Positions 9,495-19,300 of a stretch of DNA of 64,000 bases are shown one piece after another. The position numbers were made by a program, and so were the translations under genes. The stretch comes from a virus: the IMG/VR virus record IMGVR_UViG_3300047564_002155, positions 104,129 through 168,128 of that record; one strand, written 5' to 3'. Position 1 is the first letter of the stretch. Every line of letters starts with the position of its first letter. The notes beneath the pieces are model-generated. The model was not told where the DNA came from, made no database searches, and saw only the letters and a list, made by a program, of their open reading frames with translations.

Positions 9495-10631
9495 ATGGCT
9501 AAAAAAGTAGAATCATCTCGTGATGAACTATCTTCAATTCTAGCTGCTAATCTCAACAAGAAGTTTAAGTCCGCCCACAAGGTGGCTTTCTTCTTGGATG
9601 GGTCAGAACAAACCCCTACCGATTTGGATGAGTGGGTTTCAACTGGCTCACCGATGTTAGACCTCGCCATTGCAAACCGACCCCACGGCGGTTTGCCGGT
9701 GGGTCGCATTACCGAGATTACGGGCTTGGAAGGAAGTGGTAAATCACTACTCGCAGCTCACGCTATTGCAGATACTCAAAAGAAGGGTGGACTTGGTGTT
9801 TATATTGACACCGAGAACGCACTGAACCAAGAGTTTCTTGAGGCGATTGGAGTTGACATCAAAAAGATGTTGTATGTTCCATTGGAAACCGTGGAAGACA
9901 TCTTTGAAGCAATTGATTCTATCATTGAATCAGTCCGTGCCGCCGATGGTGAAAAGAAGAAATTGGTAACTATTGTAGTTGACTCCGTTGCCGGGGCTTC
10001 TACAAAAGTTGAAATTTCTGCTGACTACGACCAAGCTGGATACGCAACTCAAAAAGCTATTATTATTTCTAAAGCGATGAGAAAGGTCACGAACTTGATT
10101 GGTCGTGAACGAATCTCTCTAATCTTTACAAACCAACTTCGTACTCGTTTGGGTGTATCTTTTGGTGACCCTTGGACAACAAGTGGTGGTAAGGCAATCG
10201 CATTCCACTCATCGTGTCGTATCCGACTCAAACAAATGGGTCAGTTGAAAGCAAAGGTTGGTGGTGTAGACCAAGTAGTAGGTATTAAGACTCGTGCTCA
10301 AGTGATTAAAAATCGTATGGGTCCACCTCTCCGTTCTATTGATTACGATATCTACTTTGATAGTGGTATTGACAATTATGGTTCGTGGTTGGAAATGATG
10401 AAGACCTACAAACTTGTAAATCAGACAGGCGCTTGGTATACCTATGTAGATACTGAAACTGGCGAAGAAATTAAGTTCCAAGCCAAGAACTTTGAAGAAA
10501 TGATGGAGTCACGACCAGAACTGAAAGAGTCAATCTATCAGAAAATTTGTGATACTTACATTATGTCTTACAAAGAGTCAAGTGCTGAATCAAACATTGA
10601 TAATATTGAAGTAACCGATTTTGATGATTAG
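9495..10631 (+). CDS. recA: RecA/UvsX recombinase
   Basis: 'STGSPMLDLAI...GGLPVGRITEITGLEGSGKS', 'YIDTENAL', 'VVDSVAG', 'IFTNQLR', 'TTSGGKAIAFHSS', 'KNRMGPP'. Confidence 0.95.
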   Translation: MAKKVESSRDELSSILAANLNKKFKSAHKVAFFLDGSEQTPTDLDEWVSTGSPMLDLAIANRPHGGLPVGRITEITGLEGSGKSLLAAHAIADTQKKGGLGVYIDTENALNQEFLEAIGVDIKKMLYVPLETVEDIFEAIDSIIESVRAADGEKKKLVTIVVDSVAGASTKVEISADYDQAGYATQKAIIISKAMRKVTNLIGRERISLIFTNQLRTRLGVSFGDPWTTSGGKAIAFHSSCRIRLKQMGQLKAKVGGVDQVVGIKTRAQVIKNRMGPPLRSIDYDIYFDSGIDNYGSWLEMMKTYKLVNQTGAWYTYVDTETGEEIKFQAKNFEEMMESRPELKESIYQKICDTYIMSYKESSAESNIDNIEVTDFDD

Positions 10632-11670
10632 TAAATACGCAGAACTCCTTAAAGAAGTTAAGAAAGAACATTTAGAGGTTAAAGATGAACACCTAAATGA
10701 TAGAGTGCTTATTGTAGATGGGCTGAATCAGTTTATTCGTGTCTTTGGGGCAGTTCCTGCGTTAAATGACGATGGTGAACACTGTGGTGGTATAACAGGT
10801 TTCTTGTTATCCACCGCAGCCTCCATCCGAACTCTTAAACCAACTCGTGTAGTTGTTGTATTTGATGGTAAGGGTGGTTCCCAGCGTAGAAAATCAAAAT
10901 ATAGTGGTTATAAAGAGGGTCGTACTGGTCTTACCAAAATCAACCGATTGGCTGGTTATGAAGACTTGGAAGACCAACAACAATCAATGCGATATCAGTT
11001 CTCACGACTGATTGAATACCTACAAGTATTGCCGGTATCATTAACATATATTGACCACGTTGAAGCGGATGATATCATTGCATATCTTGCAAATCATTAT
11101 TTCCAAAAAGAAGTAGTAATTGTATCATCCGATAAGGATTTTCTTCAATTGGTAAATCCACGAATTAAAGTGTGGTCTTCTAATAAAAAGAAAATGTATG
11201 ATGAGTCATTAGTTAGACAAGAATATGGTGTAATACCACAAAATCTTGTATTTTATCGTGTTCTAACCGGAGACGCTTCTGATAATATCAAAGGTGTTAA
11301 AGGTGTTGGTGATAAAACCATAGAGTCTAAAATGTCATTCTTAAATAATGGTGAATTAGAGTTAGATGAGTTTATAAACGAATGTTCTAATGTAGATGAA
11401 AAGTTATCAAAAAAATTGATGGATAACATAGATGTTATACGAATGAACTTTGACCTTATGCAGCTACGAGACCCTGAAATTGCATCATCTATAAAATCTA
11501 ATGTTAGAGCCATTATGGATAATGGGACCAATCAATTGGATATGATTGAGTTTAAGAAAATGTTTATGGGTGATAAATTATATACCGCTTTTGCTGATGT
11601 TGATTCTTGGTTAAGAAATTCTTTTCTAAATTTAGATACCCTCATTAAGAAGCATTTAAATGGTAAATGA
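10624..11670 (+). CDS. 5'-3' exonuclease / RNase H (T4 rnh, FEN family)
   Basis: 'LIVDGLNQFIR', 'VFDGKGG..RR...YKEGR', 'EADDIIA', 'SSDKDFLQL', 'GDASDNIKGVKGVGDKT'. Confidence 0.92.
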   Translation: MISKYAELLKEVKKEHLEVKDEHLNDRVLIVDGLNQFIRVFGAVPALNDDGEHCGGITGFLLSTAASIRTLKPTRVVVVFDGKGGSQRRKSKYSGYKEGRTGLTKINRLAGYEDLEDQQQSMRYQFSRLIEYLQVLPVSLTYIDHVEADDIIAYLANHYFQKEVVIVSSDKDFLQLVNPRIKVWSSNKKKMYDESLVRQEYGVIPQNLVFYRVLTGDASDNIKGVKGVGDKTIESKMSFLNNGELELDEFINECSNVDEKLSKKLMDNIDVIRMNFDLMQLRDPEIASSIKSNVRAIMDNGTNQLDMIEFKKMFMGDKLYTAFADVDSWLRNSFLNLDTLIKKHLNGK

Positions 11671-12202
11671 TTTTGATACACGAGTTTGGTATGGGTCAAT
11701 ACAATACGGACCATTCTCCGCTACTAATTGGTTTTCAATTGGTGGTGTAGAACACCCATTATTTAAAACTCTAATATCAAGGATAAAATCTGAAGTATCG
11801 GAAGTATATAACTTTGAGTTATACACTATGGGTGGTATTTTAGAAGATTGGATGAGCTGGGATGTTGACTTTGCTTTAATAGGTGAATACAAACCAGAAC
11901 TAATTAAAAAGTGTTTTGAGGGTATTGTTGGTATAGCGTTTGATTTACATTTGTATGTGGATTTACAATATCAAGAAAAATTATGGCGAATTGATGAATT
12001 CTCAAAAACAGGTCAACTAAACGAAATACACGAAAACTACGAATTATCAAACTATTTTGTAAGAGATGGTCAGATTGAAGACCTCAGCCACTATCAATTG
12101 GTTGATGGAATCTACAAGCGTAATGTAATATATCCATTTCCAAAACACATTGAAAAATATGCAGAAGGTTATGTTTATAAATCACCACTTCGTTTGGTTT
12201 AA
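11660..12202 (+). CDS. Hypothetical protein, possible Pol-beta-superfamily nucleotidyltransferase
   Basis: 'LYTMGGILEDWMSWDVDFALIG...LYVDL' matches hG[GS]x7-13DhDh plus a third Asp. Confidence 0.45.
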   Translation: MVNDFDTRVWYGSIQYGPFSATNWFSIGGVEHPLFKTLISRIKSEVSEVYNFELYTMGGILEDWMSWDVDFALIGEYKPELIKKCFEGIVGIAFDLHLYVDLQYQEKLWRIDEFSKTGQLNEIHENYELSNYFVRDGQIEDLSHYQLVDGIYKRNVIYPFPKHIEKYAEGYVYKSPLRLV

Positions 12203-12204
12203 GA

Positions 12205-12236
12205 TTTGGATAATTCAAAATAAAGTCGTATATTAG
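12205..12236 (+). promoter_or_regulatory. Bacteroidota sigmaA-type promoter
   Basis: TTTGGATAATTCAAAATAAAGTCGTATATTAG, 5 nt before ATG 12242. Confidence 0.75.
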
Positions 12237-12241
12237 TGTCT

Positions 12242-13600
12242 ATGGAAAAATTCGGAAGTAAATACGGAACCTCGTTCCAAAATAAAATTATATCGGCGCT
12301 GTTAGGTGATAGGAGTTTTTCTCGCCAAGTATTTGACATCCTAAAACCAGAATACTTTGATTCAGAATCATCGGAGTGGCTGGTTCGTGAGGTTATGTCT
12401 TATGTTGAAGAATACGAAAAACTACCAACGCTGGATGTGTTGAAAGTCCGAATCAATACCATAGATAGGGATGTTCTAAAAACAACTGTTGTAGACACAC
12501 TTAAATTTGCGTGGAATCACCTTGAAAGTGATGACTTGGAGTATGTTAAAGAACAAACCCTTGACTTTTGTAAAAATCAATGTATTAAGAATGCTATCCT
12601 TGATTCCGTAGAGTTATTAGAACAAGGTAAGTATGAAGTGATTAAAAAGAAAGTTGATGATGCTATGAAAGCAGGTCAAGATTCTGATTTAGGTCACGAA
12701 TACAAAACTATGATTACTGAACGATACGAAGATTCTATCAGAAATGTAGTATCAACGGGATGGCAGGTTATTGATGAAATTACGCAAGGTGGTTTTGGAA
12801 AAGGTGAGTTGGTTTTATTTGCCGCCCCTCCTGGCATCGGTAAGTCGTGGTCTTTAGTTAACATCGGCGTGGCGGCTATGAAATTAGGTAAGACTGTGGC
12901 TCACTACACCCTTGAATTAAATGAAGGGTATGTAGGACAAAGATACGATGCTGTTTTGAGTAAGATTGCAGTTGCAAATCTGAAATACAATATGGAAGAT
13001 GTTAAAAAATCAGTTACGAGTGTAAAAGGAGACCTGATTGTAAAACATTACCCAACCAAAACCGCCAGCGTGACTTCATTGAAAGCCCATATGGATAAGA
13101 TGATTTTACAAGGTAAAAAACCTGATGTTGTAATAGTGGACTACGCTGACCTACTTCGTGGACCATCAAATAAGGAACGACACGAAGAATTAGAGACTAT
13201 TTTTGAAGACTTGAGGGGTATGGCTGGTGAGTATGAAGTCCCTATCTATACAGCATCTCAAATCAATCGTAGTGGAGCAGAAGATGACATTATTACAGGC
13301 ACAAAAATCGCAGGTTCATTCTCCAAAATGATGACTGCTGACTTTGTAGTATCCCTTTCTCGTAAGATTGAAGACAAACTTGCTGGGACAGGAAGATGGC
13401 ACGTTATTAAGAATCGTTTTGGTCCTGATGGTATGACTTTCCCATCAAAAGCTAACTTCTCTACGGGCGAAATTTCCATCTATAATGAAGATTCCATTTC
13501 TGGTCAACAAACCAAAAAAGAGATGAAAGGTGGGGAGAGTTTAGTAAGAAAAGAACTTGCTCAAAAATATAAAGAAATGAAGGGTGAAATAGATTTTTAA
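12242..13600 (+). CDS. Replicative DnaB-like helicase (T4 gp41-like)
   Basis: Walker A 'APPGIGKS', 'HYTLEL', 'VIVDYADLL', 'TASQINRSG', 'KNRFGPDG'. Confidence 0.92.
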   Translation: MEKFGSKYGTSFQNKIISALLGDRSFSRQVFDILKPEYFDSESSEWLVREVMSYVEEYEKLPTLDVLKVRINTIDRDVLKTTVVDTLKFAWNHLESDDLEYVKEQTLDFCKNQCIKNAILDSVELLEQGKYEVIKKKVDDAMKAGQDSDLGHEYKTMITERYEDSIRNVVSTGWQVIDEITQGGFGKGELVLFAAPPGIGKSWSLVNIGVAAMKLGKTVAHYTLELNEGYVGQRYDAVLSKIAVANLKYNMEDVKKSVTSVKGDLIVKHYPTKTASVTSLKAHMDKMILQGKKPDVVIVDYADLLRGPSNKERHEELETIFEDLRGMAGEYEVPIYTASQINRSGAEDDIITGTKIAGSFSKMMTADFVVSLSRKIEDKLAGTGRWHVIKNRFGPDGMTFPSKANFSTGEISIYNEDSISGQQTKKEMKGGESLVRKELAQKYKEMKGEIDF

Positions 13601-13657
13601 CTACTATGTATATTCACCCACACCAAAATATGTCTAACAATTTAACGGAGAAATCGC

Positions 13658-14650
13658 ATGTCACTATTTGATGAACGAATCCCATACAAACCCTTTGAGT
13701 ATCCTGTTTACTATACCGAAGGTTGGCTGAAACAAGCTCAAGCATTCTGGCTACACACCGAAATCCCAATGCAAGGGGATGTGAAAGATTGGAATGAAAA
13801 TATGTCAGTTTCCGAAAAAAACTTGGTAGGAAACATTCTTTTAGGATTCGCTCAAACTGAATGTGCTGTCTCTGATTATTGGACTACAATGGTAACCAAT
13901 TGGTTTCCAAAGCACGAAATCAAACAAATGGCTATGATGTTTGGTTCACAAGAAACTATTCACGCTACGGCTTACTCATATTTAAACGAAACTCTTGGTC
14001 TTGAAGACTTTGAAGCGTTCCTACACGAGCCCGCTACTGCTGAAAAGTTTGAATTGTTGATTCAGACCAAAGCAGAGTACAACCACGAAGATTTAAAGTG
14101 GAACAAAGACGCACGAGAGGATGTTGCTCGTTCACTTGCAATCTTCTCCGCTTTTGCAGAAGGTGTATCACTTTACTCATCATTTGCGGTTCTTTACTCA
14201 TTCCAAATGAGAAATCTTTTGAAGGGTATTGGTCAACAAATGAAGTGGTCGGTTCGTGATGAATCACTACACTCAAAAATGGGATGCCAACTTTTCAGAC
14301 ATATGTGTGATGAGTTTCCTGGTCTGAAGGGTGATGTTAGAGATTCAGTTATTGAAGCAGCTGAGCTAATTGTAAAGTTGGAAGAAAACTTTATTGACAA
14401 AATGTTTGAAATGGGTGACCTTGAAAATCTTAACTCAAAAGATTTAAAAAACTTCATCCGTAAGCGTGCTAATGAAAAATTAGTGGAGTTGGGATACGAA
14501 CCTCACTTCAACTACGAAAAGGAATCTGCTGATGAATTAGAGTGGTTCTATCACTTAACAGGTGGTTTGACTCATACCGACTTCTTTGCACTCCGACCAA
14601 CCGATTACTCCAAGGCTAACGAGGGTGAAAATTGGGATGATATATTCTAA
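13658..14650 (+). CDS. nrdB: Ribonucleotide reductase class I beta subunit
   Basis: Di-metal ligands 'AQTE', 'ETIH..AY', 'AEG...YSSF', 'RDESLH'; C-terminus 'TDFFALRPTDYSK..WDDIF'. Confidence 0.95.
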   Translation: MSLFDERIPYKPFEYPVYYTEGWLKQAQAFWLHTEIPMQGDVKDWNENMSVSEKNLVGNILLGFAQTECAVSDYWTTMVTNWFPKHEIKQMAMMFGSQETIHATAYSYLNETLGLEDFEAFLHEPATAEKFELLIQTKAEYNHEDLKWNKDAREDVARSLAIFSAFAEGVSLYSSFAVLYSFQMRNLLKGIGQQMKWSVRDESLHSKMGCQLFRHMCDEFPGLKGDVRDSVIEAAELIVKLEENFIDKMFEMGDLENLNSKDLKNFIRKRANEKLVELGYEPHFNYEKESADELEWFYHLTGGLTHTDFFALRPTDYSKANEGENWDDIF

Positions 14651-14659
14651 ATAAATTAT

Positions 14660-14968
14660 ATGAAAACATTTGATGAACTAATTGAAAACATCACTCAATG
14701 GGCTGATGATAAGGGAATCCTATCCCAAGAAAATGCTCCAAAACAATCTATGAAGGTTGTAGAGGAGTTAGGAGAAACGATGGGAGCAATCCTAAAAAGT
14801 AAAGATGAAGAAATTAAAGATGGATTGGGTGATACTTTTGTCACTTTGATTATTCTGTCTAAACAATTAGGATACGAACCATCCGAATGTTTAGAAGCTG
14901 CGTGGAATGAAATCAAAGACCGAAAAGGTAAAACTCAAAACGGAATTTTTGTAAAAGAGGAAAACTAA
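14660..14968 (+). CDS. MazG-like NTP pyrophosphohydrolase
   Basis: 'QWADDKGI...KVVEELGE...IKDGLGDTFVTLIIL...CLEAAWNEIKDRKG'. Confidence 0.88.
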   Translation: MKTFDELIENITQWADDKGILSQENAPKQSMKVVEELGETMGAILKSKDEEIKDGLGDTFVTLIILSKQLGYEPSECLEAAWNEIKDRKGKTQNGIFVKEEN

Positions 14969-16755
14969 TGGCTAAGAATTATGGTGAAGAGCTAGGGTGG
15001 GAACTTGGTGTAGATTTCCCAATTTGGGGTAATACTGAAATTTATGTTAAAACAATCTCAAAGGGATACTTACTCGCAGGAGAAACCCCAAAAGACGCAT
15101 ATTGGAGGGTATCAACCGCTGTTGCACGCAGGTTGGGTAAACCTCATCTTGCTAGCAAGTTTTTTGATTATATTTGGCGTGGCTGGCTTAACCTTGCTAC
15201 TCCTGTACTTTCTAATACTGGCACCGATAGGGGTCTTCCGATATCTTGTTTCGGTATTGATGTCGGTGATTCAATCCAAGAAATTGGTACGAAAAACCTT
15301 GAAATGATGCTACTCGCCAAACACGGTGGCGGTGTTGGTATTGGTGTAAATCAGATTAGAGCGGCTGGTAGTAAAATCACCGGAAACGGAACATCTGATG
15401 GTGTAGTTCCATTTTGTAAAATCTACGACTCAACGATTCTCGCTACAAGCCAAGGGTCAGTTCGTAGGGGAGCTGCTTCAATCAACCTAAACATTGAACA
15501 CGGTGATTTTGATGAGTGGATTGAAATTCGTGAACCAAAGGGTGATGTAAACCGCCAGTCTTTGAACCTACACCAAGCGGTAATCATCGGTGATAAGTTT
15601 ATGAGAAAACTTGAAGAGGGTGACGCTGAAGCAAGACGCAAGTGGGGTAAGGTTCTTCAAAAGAGAAAAGCTACTGGCGAACCTTATATTATGTTTAAGG
15701 GTAATGTAAACAAGAACAACCCCGAAGCATACAAACAAAATGGGTTGAAAGTCTTTATGACTAACATTTGTTCGGAGATTACACTTCACACGGATGAATC
15801 ACACTCTTTTGTATGTTGTTTATCATCAGTCAATTTGGCTAAATACGATGAGTGGAAAGACACCGACCTTATCTACACCGCAATTTGGTTTTTGGATGGT
15901 GTATTGGAAGAATTCATTCAGAGAGCCAAGAATATGAGAGGATTTGAAAATTCTATCCGTTCTGCTGAAAAGGGCCGTGCTTTAGGACTTGGAGTTCTTG
16001 GATGGCATACTTACTTACAACAACGAGGTCTACCATTTGAAGGTCTACAAGGTCAGTTTGAAACTCGTAGAATTTTTTCTGGCATTCGTATTGAAGCTGA
16101 AAGAGCAAGTAGAGATATGGCTGAAGAATATGGTGAACCACTATGGTGTGTTGGTACGGGTATGAGAAATACTCACTTGATGGCTATCGCTCCGACTGTA
16201 TCAAACTCAAAATTGAGTGGTAATGTATCTGCTGGAATTGAACCTTGGGCTGCAAATGTATTTACGGAACAAACCGCTAAAGGAACTTTTATTCGTAGAA
16301 ACCCTGAATTGGAAAAGGTATTCCGTAAAATTGGTATCAACAATAAAGATACTTGGGATAAAATTTTACAAGATGGTGGTTCAGTTCAAGATATTGCTGA
16401 ATTAGACAATTGGGGATACCTCAATGGTAAGTTAACCAATCGTTCAGATATGACCGAATCTAATTTTCAAAATAAAGAAATTGATTGGGTAAAGGATGTA
16501 TTCAAAACATTCAAAGAAATTAACCAATTAGATTTGGTAAAACAAGCTGGAATTCGCCAACAATATGTGGACCAATCGGTTTCTCTAAATCTGGCGTTTC
16601 CATCTCAAGCAACTCCAAAGTGGATTAACCAAGTCCATATGGAAGCTTGGAAGCAGGGAATTAAAACCTTGTATTATATGAGAACGGAGTCGGTTCTTCG
16701 TGGTGATATCGCTATAAAAGCTACCGACCCTGATTGTTTAAGTTGTGATGGATAG
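14968..16755 (+). CDS. nrdA: Ribonucleotide reductase class I alpha subunit (no ATP cone)
   Basis: 'ATPVLSN..LPISCF', 'TNICSEI', 'VCCLSS', 'RALGLG', 'AIAPTVS', 'KTLYY', C-terminal 'CLSCDG'. Confidence 0.95.
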   Translation: MAKNYGEELGWELGVDFPIWGNTEIYVKTISKGYLLAGETPKDAYWRVSTAVARRLGKPHLASKFFDYIWRGWLNLATPVLSNTGTDRGLPISCFGIDVGDSIQEIGTKNLEMMLLAKHGGGVGIGVNQIRAAGSKITGNGTSDGVVPFCKIYDSTILATSQGSVRRGAASINLNIEHGDFDEWIEIREPKGDVNRQSLNLHQAVIIGDKFMRKLEEGDAEARRKWGKVLQKRKATGEPYIMFKGNVNKNNPEAYKQNGLKVFMTNICSEITLHTDESHSFVCCLSSVNLAKYDEWKDTDLIYTAIWFLDGVLEEFIQRAKNMRGFENSIRSAEKGRALGLGVLGWHTYLQQRGLPFEGLQGQFETRRIFSGIRIEAERASRDMAEEYGEPLWCVGTGMRNTHLMAIAPTVSNSKLSGNVSAGIEPWAANVFTEQTAKGTFIRRNPELEKVFRKIGINNKDTWDKILQDGGSVQDIAELDNWGYLNGKLTNRSDMTESNFQNKEIDWVKDVFKTFKEINQLDLVKQAGIRQQYVDQSVSLNLAFPSQATPKWINQVHMEAWKQGIKTLYYMRTESVLRGDIAIKATDPDCLSCDG

Positions 16756-16765
16756 AGATATAAAA

Positions 16766-17764
16766 ATGAAACATAAAGTAGAATATGTTTGGTTAGATGG
16801 TTATAAGCCAGAACCAAACCTCCGCTCTAAAACAAAGATTGTAGATGGTGCTGGTGGGTTGAAATTAGAAGATTTGCCTGAATGGGGATTTGATGGTTCA
16901 TCAACCCAACAGGCGGAAGGACACTTTTCGGATTGTCTTCTAAAACCTGTAAAGTTGGTGATAGACCCACAACGAACCAATGGTTGGATTGTATTGTGTG
17001 AAGTTCTGAATCCAGATGGAACACCACACCCATCAAATATGAGAGCACACTTGGAAGACCATCCAAATAATTGGTATGGGTTTGAGCAAGAATACACTTT
17101 TGTAGAAGATGGTAGACCGGTCGGATTCCCCAAAGATGGATACCCTGCACCACAAGGACAATACTATTGTGGAGTTGGTGGTGGATTGGTATCTGCAAGA
17201 AATGTAGTTGAAGAACACTTGGTTGTGTGTTTAGCTGCAGGATTAGATATTACCGGTATCAACGCTGAAGTGATGTTGGGGCAATGGGAGTTCCAAGTTA
17301 TGGGTAAGGGTAATAAGGATGCTTGCGACCAATTGTGGATTGCAAGATACTTTCTACATAGAATTTCCGAAGACTATGATTTTAAAGTAGAGTTTCATCC
17401 AAAACCAATGGTTGGTGATTGGAATGGTTCCGGTCTACATACTAACTTCTCAACCAAAGAAATGAGAGAAGTAGGTGGTAAAGAACTATTTGATAATATC
17501 TTTTCAGCATTTGAAAGAAACCATATCAAGCACATTGCAAACTATGGTTCATCAAACGAAATGAGATTGACCGGTAGACACGAAACTCAATCAATTGATA
17601 AGTTCAGTTGGGGAGTTTCGGATAGAGGTTCTTCTATCCGAGTTCCACAAGCAACTGCTAAAGAGTGGATTGGTTACTTGGAAGATAGAAGACCTGCGTC
17701 AAACGCTGACCCCTACCGAATCGTAAGGGTTATTGAACAATCTTTGAAAGAGGTAAATTTATGA
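16766..17764 (+). CDS. glnII: Glutamine synthetase type II
   Basis: 'EYVWLDG...LRSKT', 'WGFDGSSTQQAEG..SD', 'GFEQEY', 'GINAEVM.GQWEFQ', 'DWNGSGLHTNFST', 'RLTGRHET', 'EDRRPASNADPY'. Confidence 0.93.
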   Translation: MKHKVEYVWLDGYKPEPNLRSKTKIVDGAGGLKLEDLPEWGFDGSSTQQAEGHFSDCLLKPVKLVIDPQRTNGWIVLCEVLNPDGTPHPSNMRAHLEDHPNNWYGFEQEYTFVEDGRPVGFPKDGYPAPQGQYYCGVGGGLVSARNVVEEHLVVCLAAGLDITGINAEVMLGQWEFQVMGKGNKDACDQLWIARYFLHRISEDYDFKVEFHPKPMVGDWNGSGLHTNFSTKEMREVGGKELFDNIFSAFERNHIKHIANYGSSNEMRLTGRHETQSIDKFSWGVSDRGSSIRVPQATAKEWIGYLEDRRPASNADPYRIVRVIEQSLKEVNL

Positions 17765-18327
17765 TTATTATTGATAATTTTATTAAAGACCAAGAGTTTC
17801 TAAACAAGATTAGAAACGACAAAACTTTTTTTGATACAAAAGGATATCATTGGTGGGATGGTTGGTGGAGTTCTCCAGCGGATACTATCAAAAAACAATT
17901 GATTGAGTATATTTGGAGAGATAATTGTCCACCGGACCACATCTATGAATTGTATGGGTTTGAGTATTGGATTGGAACGTATTCAGCATCCGAAGTTGGT
18001 GATGGTAATACTGACAATCTAAATATGCACTTTGATAAAGATGAGTTTTGGTTCAAAGAGACTGGTGAGTTACGAGTCCCTATTATGGGTACGGTTTTCT
18101 ATCCGTGGGAACACGATATTGATGGTGGATACCTTGAAGTATTTTCAAAAGAAGGTGAAGAGCCAGAACGAATTGCTGCCGTTCCAAATAGGTTGATTAT
18201 TTTTCCTGCTGGAAAGTATCCACATAAAGTTACTCAAGTGACTCGTGGAACCAGATACGCAATTGCAATTAATTTGTGGGATGTTCTACCGTCTGGAGTT
18301 TCCAACGGGCAAATGATGTATGAATGA
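17761..18327 (+). CDS. 2OG-Fe(II) oxygenase (prolyl-4-hydroxylase-like)
   Basis: 'HFDKDE' (HxD), 'GGYL', 'PNRLIIF...PHKV...RYAIAINLW'. Confidence 0.85.
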   Translation: MIIIDNFIKDQEFLNKIRNDKTFFDTKGYHWWDGWWSSPADTIKKQLIEYIWRDNCPPDHIYELYGFEYWIGTYSASEVGDGNTDNLNMHFDKDEFWFKETGELRVPIMGTVFYPWEHDIDGGYLEVFSKEGEEPERIAAVPNRLIIFPAGKYPHKVTQVTRGTRYAIAINLWDVLPSGVSNGQMMYE

Positions 18328-18542
18328 TAACATTTAGAATGTCGTTACGAGGAGAATCACACCCACAACATAAACTAACGGAAGACCAAGTAAAATCTAT
18401 TCGTAAGTTGTGGGCTATTGGGCATAGAAACATTCGTGTTCTTGCACGAAACAATGGCGTATCATCCGCTAACATTCGTAAGATTGTAAAAGGTGAAACT
18501 TGGACTCATATTCTTTTTGGTGAATTCAATGACTACCAATGA
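18324..18542 (+). CDS. Small HTH DNA-binding protein (HNH-associated C-terminal-type HTH)
   Basis: 'GESHPQHKLTEDQVKSIR...LARNNGVSSANIRKIVKGETW'. Confidence 0.75.
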   Translation: MITFRMSLRGESHPQHKLTEDQVKSIRKLWAIGHRNIRVLARNNGVSSANIRKIVKGETWTHILFGEFNDYQ

Positions 18543-19300
18543 AAGTAGAAGGTAAGATATATTTTGACCCATCCAAATTTTCAGTAAGACCTATTGCAAA
18601 ATCAGTTGCAAAGGACATTATTGTAAACAACCATTATAGTGGTATTTGGACAAAAGTATCTTATGCTTTAGGGCTTTTTTACAAGTCGGAAACGGAACAC
18701 CAATTTTTTAGTGGAGTCAACGAAGAGTTGGTCGGAGTTGCTACTTATGGAGACCCCATCGGTAGACATTCCGGCCAATCTATTTCGCCACTACTTGACC
18801 GAACTGAAGTCCTTGAACTTACACGACTATTTGTTTTTGATGGCTATGGGTGTAATGTAGAGAGTTGGTTTGTTAGTCAGACCTTTAAGTGGTTAAGGGA
18901 AAACGCCCCACACATTAGAGGGTTGATTTCATACTCTGACCCCAAGGTAGGTCATAAGGGGACGGTTTATATGTCTACCAATTGGATTTATCAAGGTAAT
19001 CGTATTAGACCCAACGACTCGTGGTTATTCAAGTGGGAAGAGGGTGGTGAGTGGACACATTCACGAACATCATATGTAAAGTTTGGAACCAATAATCCAA
19101 AAAAAATCCAAGAGATGACCGCCGCTCCATTTTGGATAAAAAAGGAACTTCGCAAACATCGGTATGTTTATATTTTGGATAATTCAAAAAAAAGTCGTAT
19201 ATTGAAGAACCTAAAATATCCATCATTACCATATCCAACGGAAAACGAGGAGTTCATAGAAGAAATCTACAAATTAGACCCAATTGAAAGAGGACAATAA
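18539..19300 (+). CDS. Mom-like GNAT-fold DNA modification protein (paralog 1)
   Basis: 'NHYS', 'GVATYG.P', 'LELTRL..D', 'N.ESWF', 'ISYSD...GHKGTVY.STNWIYQG', 'KHRY'. Confidence 0.8.
   Translation: MKVEGKIYFDPSKFSVRPIAKSVAKDIIVNNHYSGIWTKVSYALGLFYKSETEHQFFSGVNEELVGVATYGDPIGRHSGQSISPLLDRTEVLELTRLFVFDGYGCNVESWFVSQTFKWLRENAPHIRGLISYSDPKVGHKGTVYMSTNWIYQGNRIRPNDSWLFKWEEGGEWTHSRTSYVKFGTNNPKKIQEMTAAPFWIKKELRKHRYVYILDNSKKSRILKNLKYPSLPYPTENEEFIEEIYKLDPIERGQ
19174..19205 (+). promoter_or_regulatory. Promoter-like motif embedded in the Mom-1 CDS, upstream of Mom-2
   Basis: TTTGGATAATTCAAAAAAAAGTCGTATATTGA is nearly identical to the intergenic copy at 12205. Confidence 0.6.

Noticed and set aside
18324-18542. 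HNH homing endonuclease
   Set aside because: Only the small HTH-type domain is present; there is no HNH catalytic motif.
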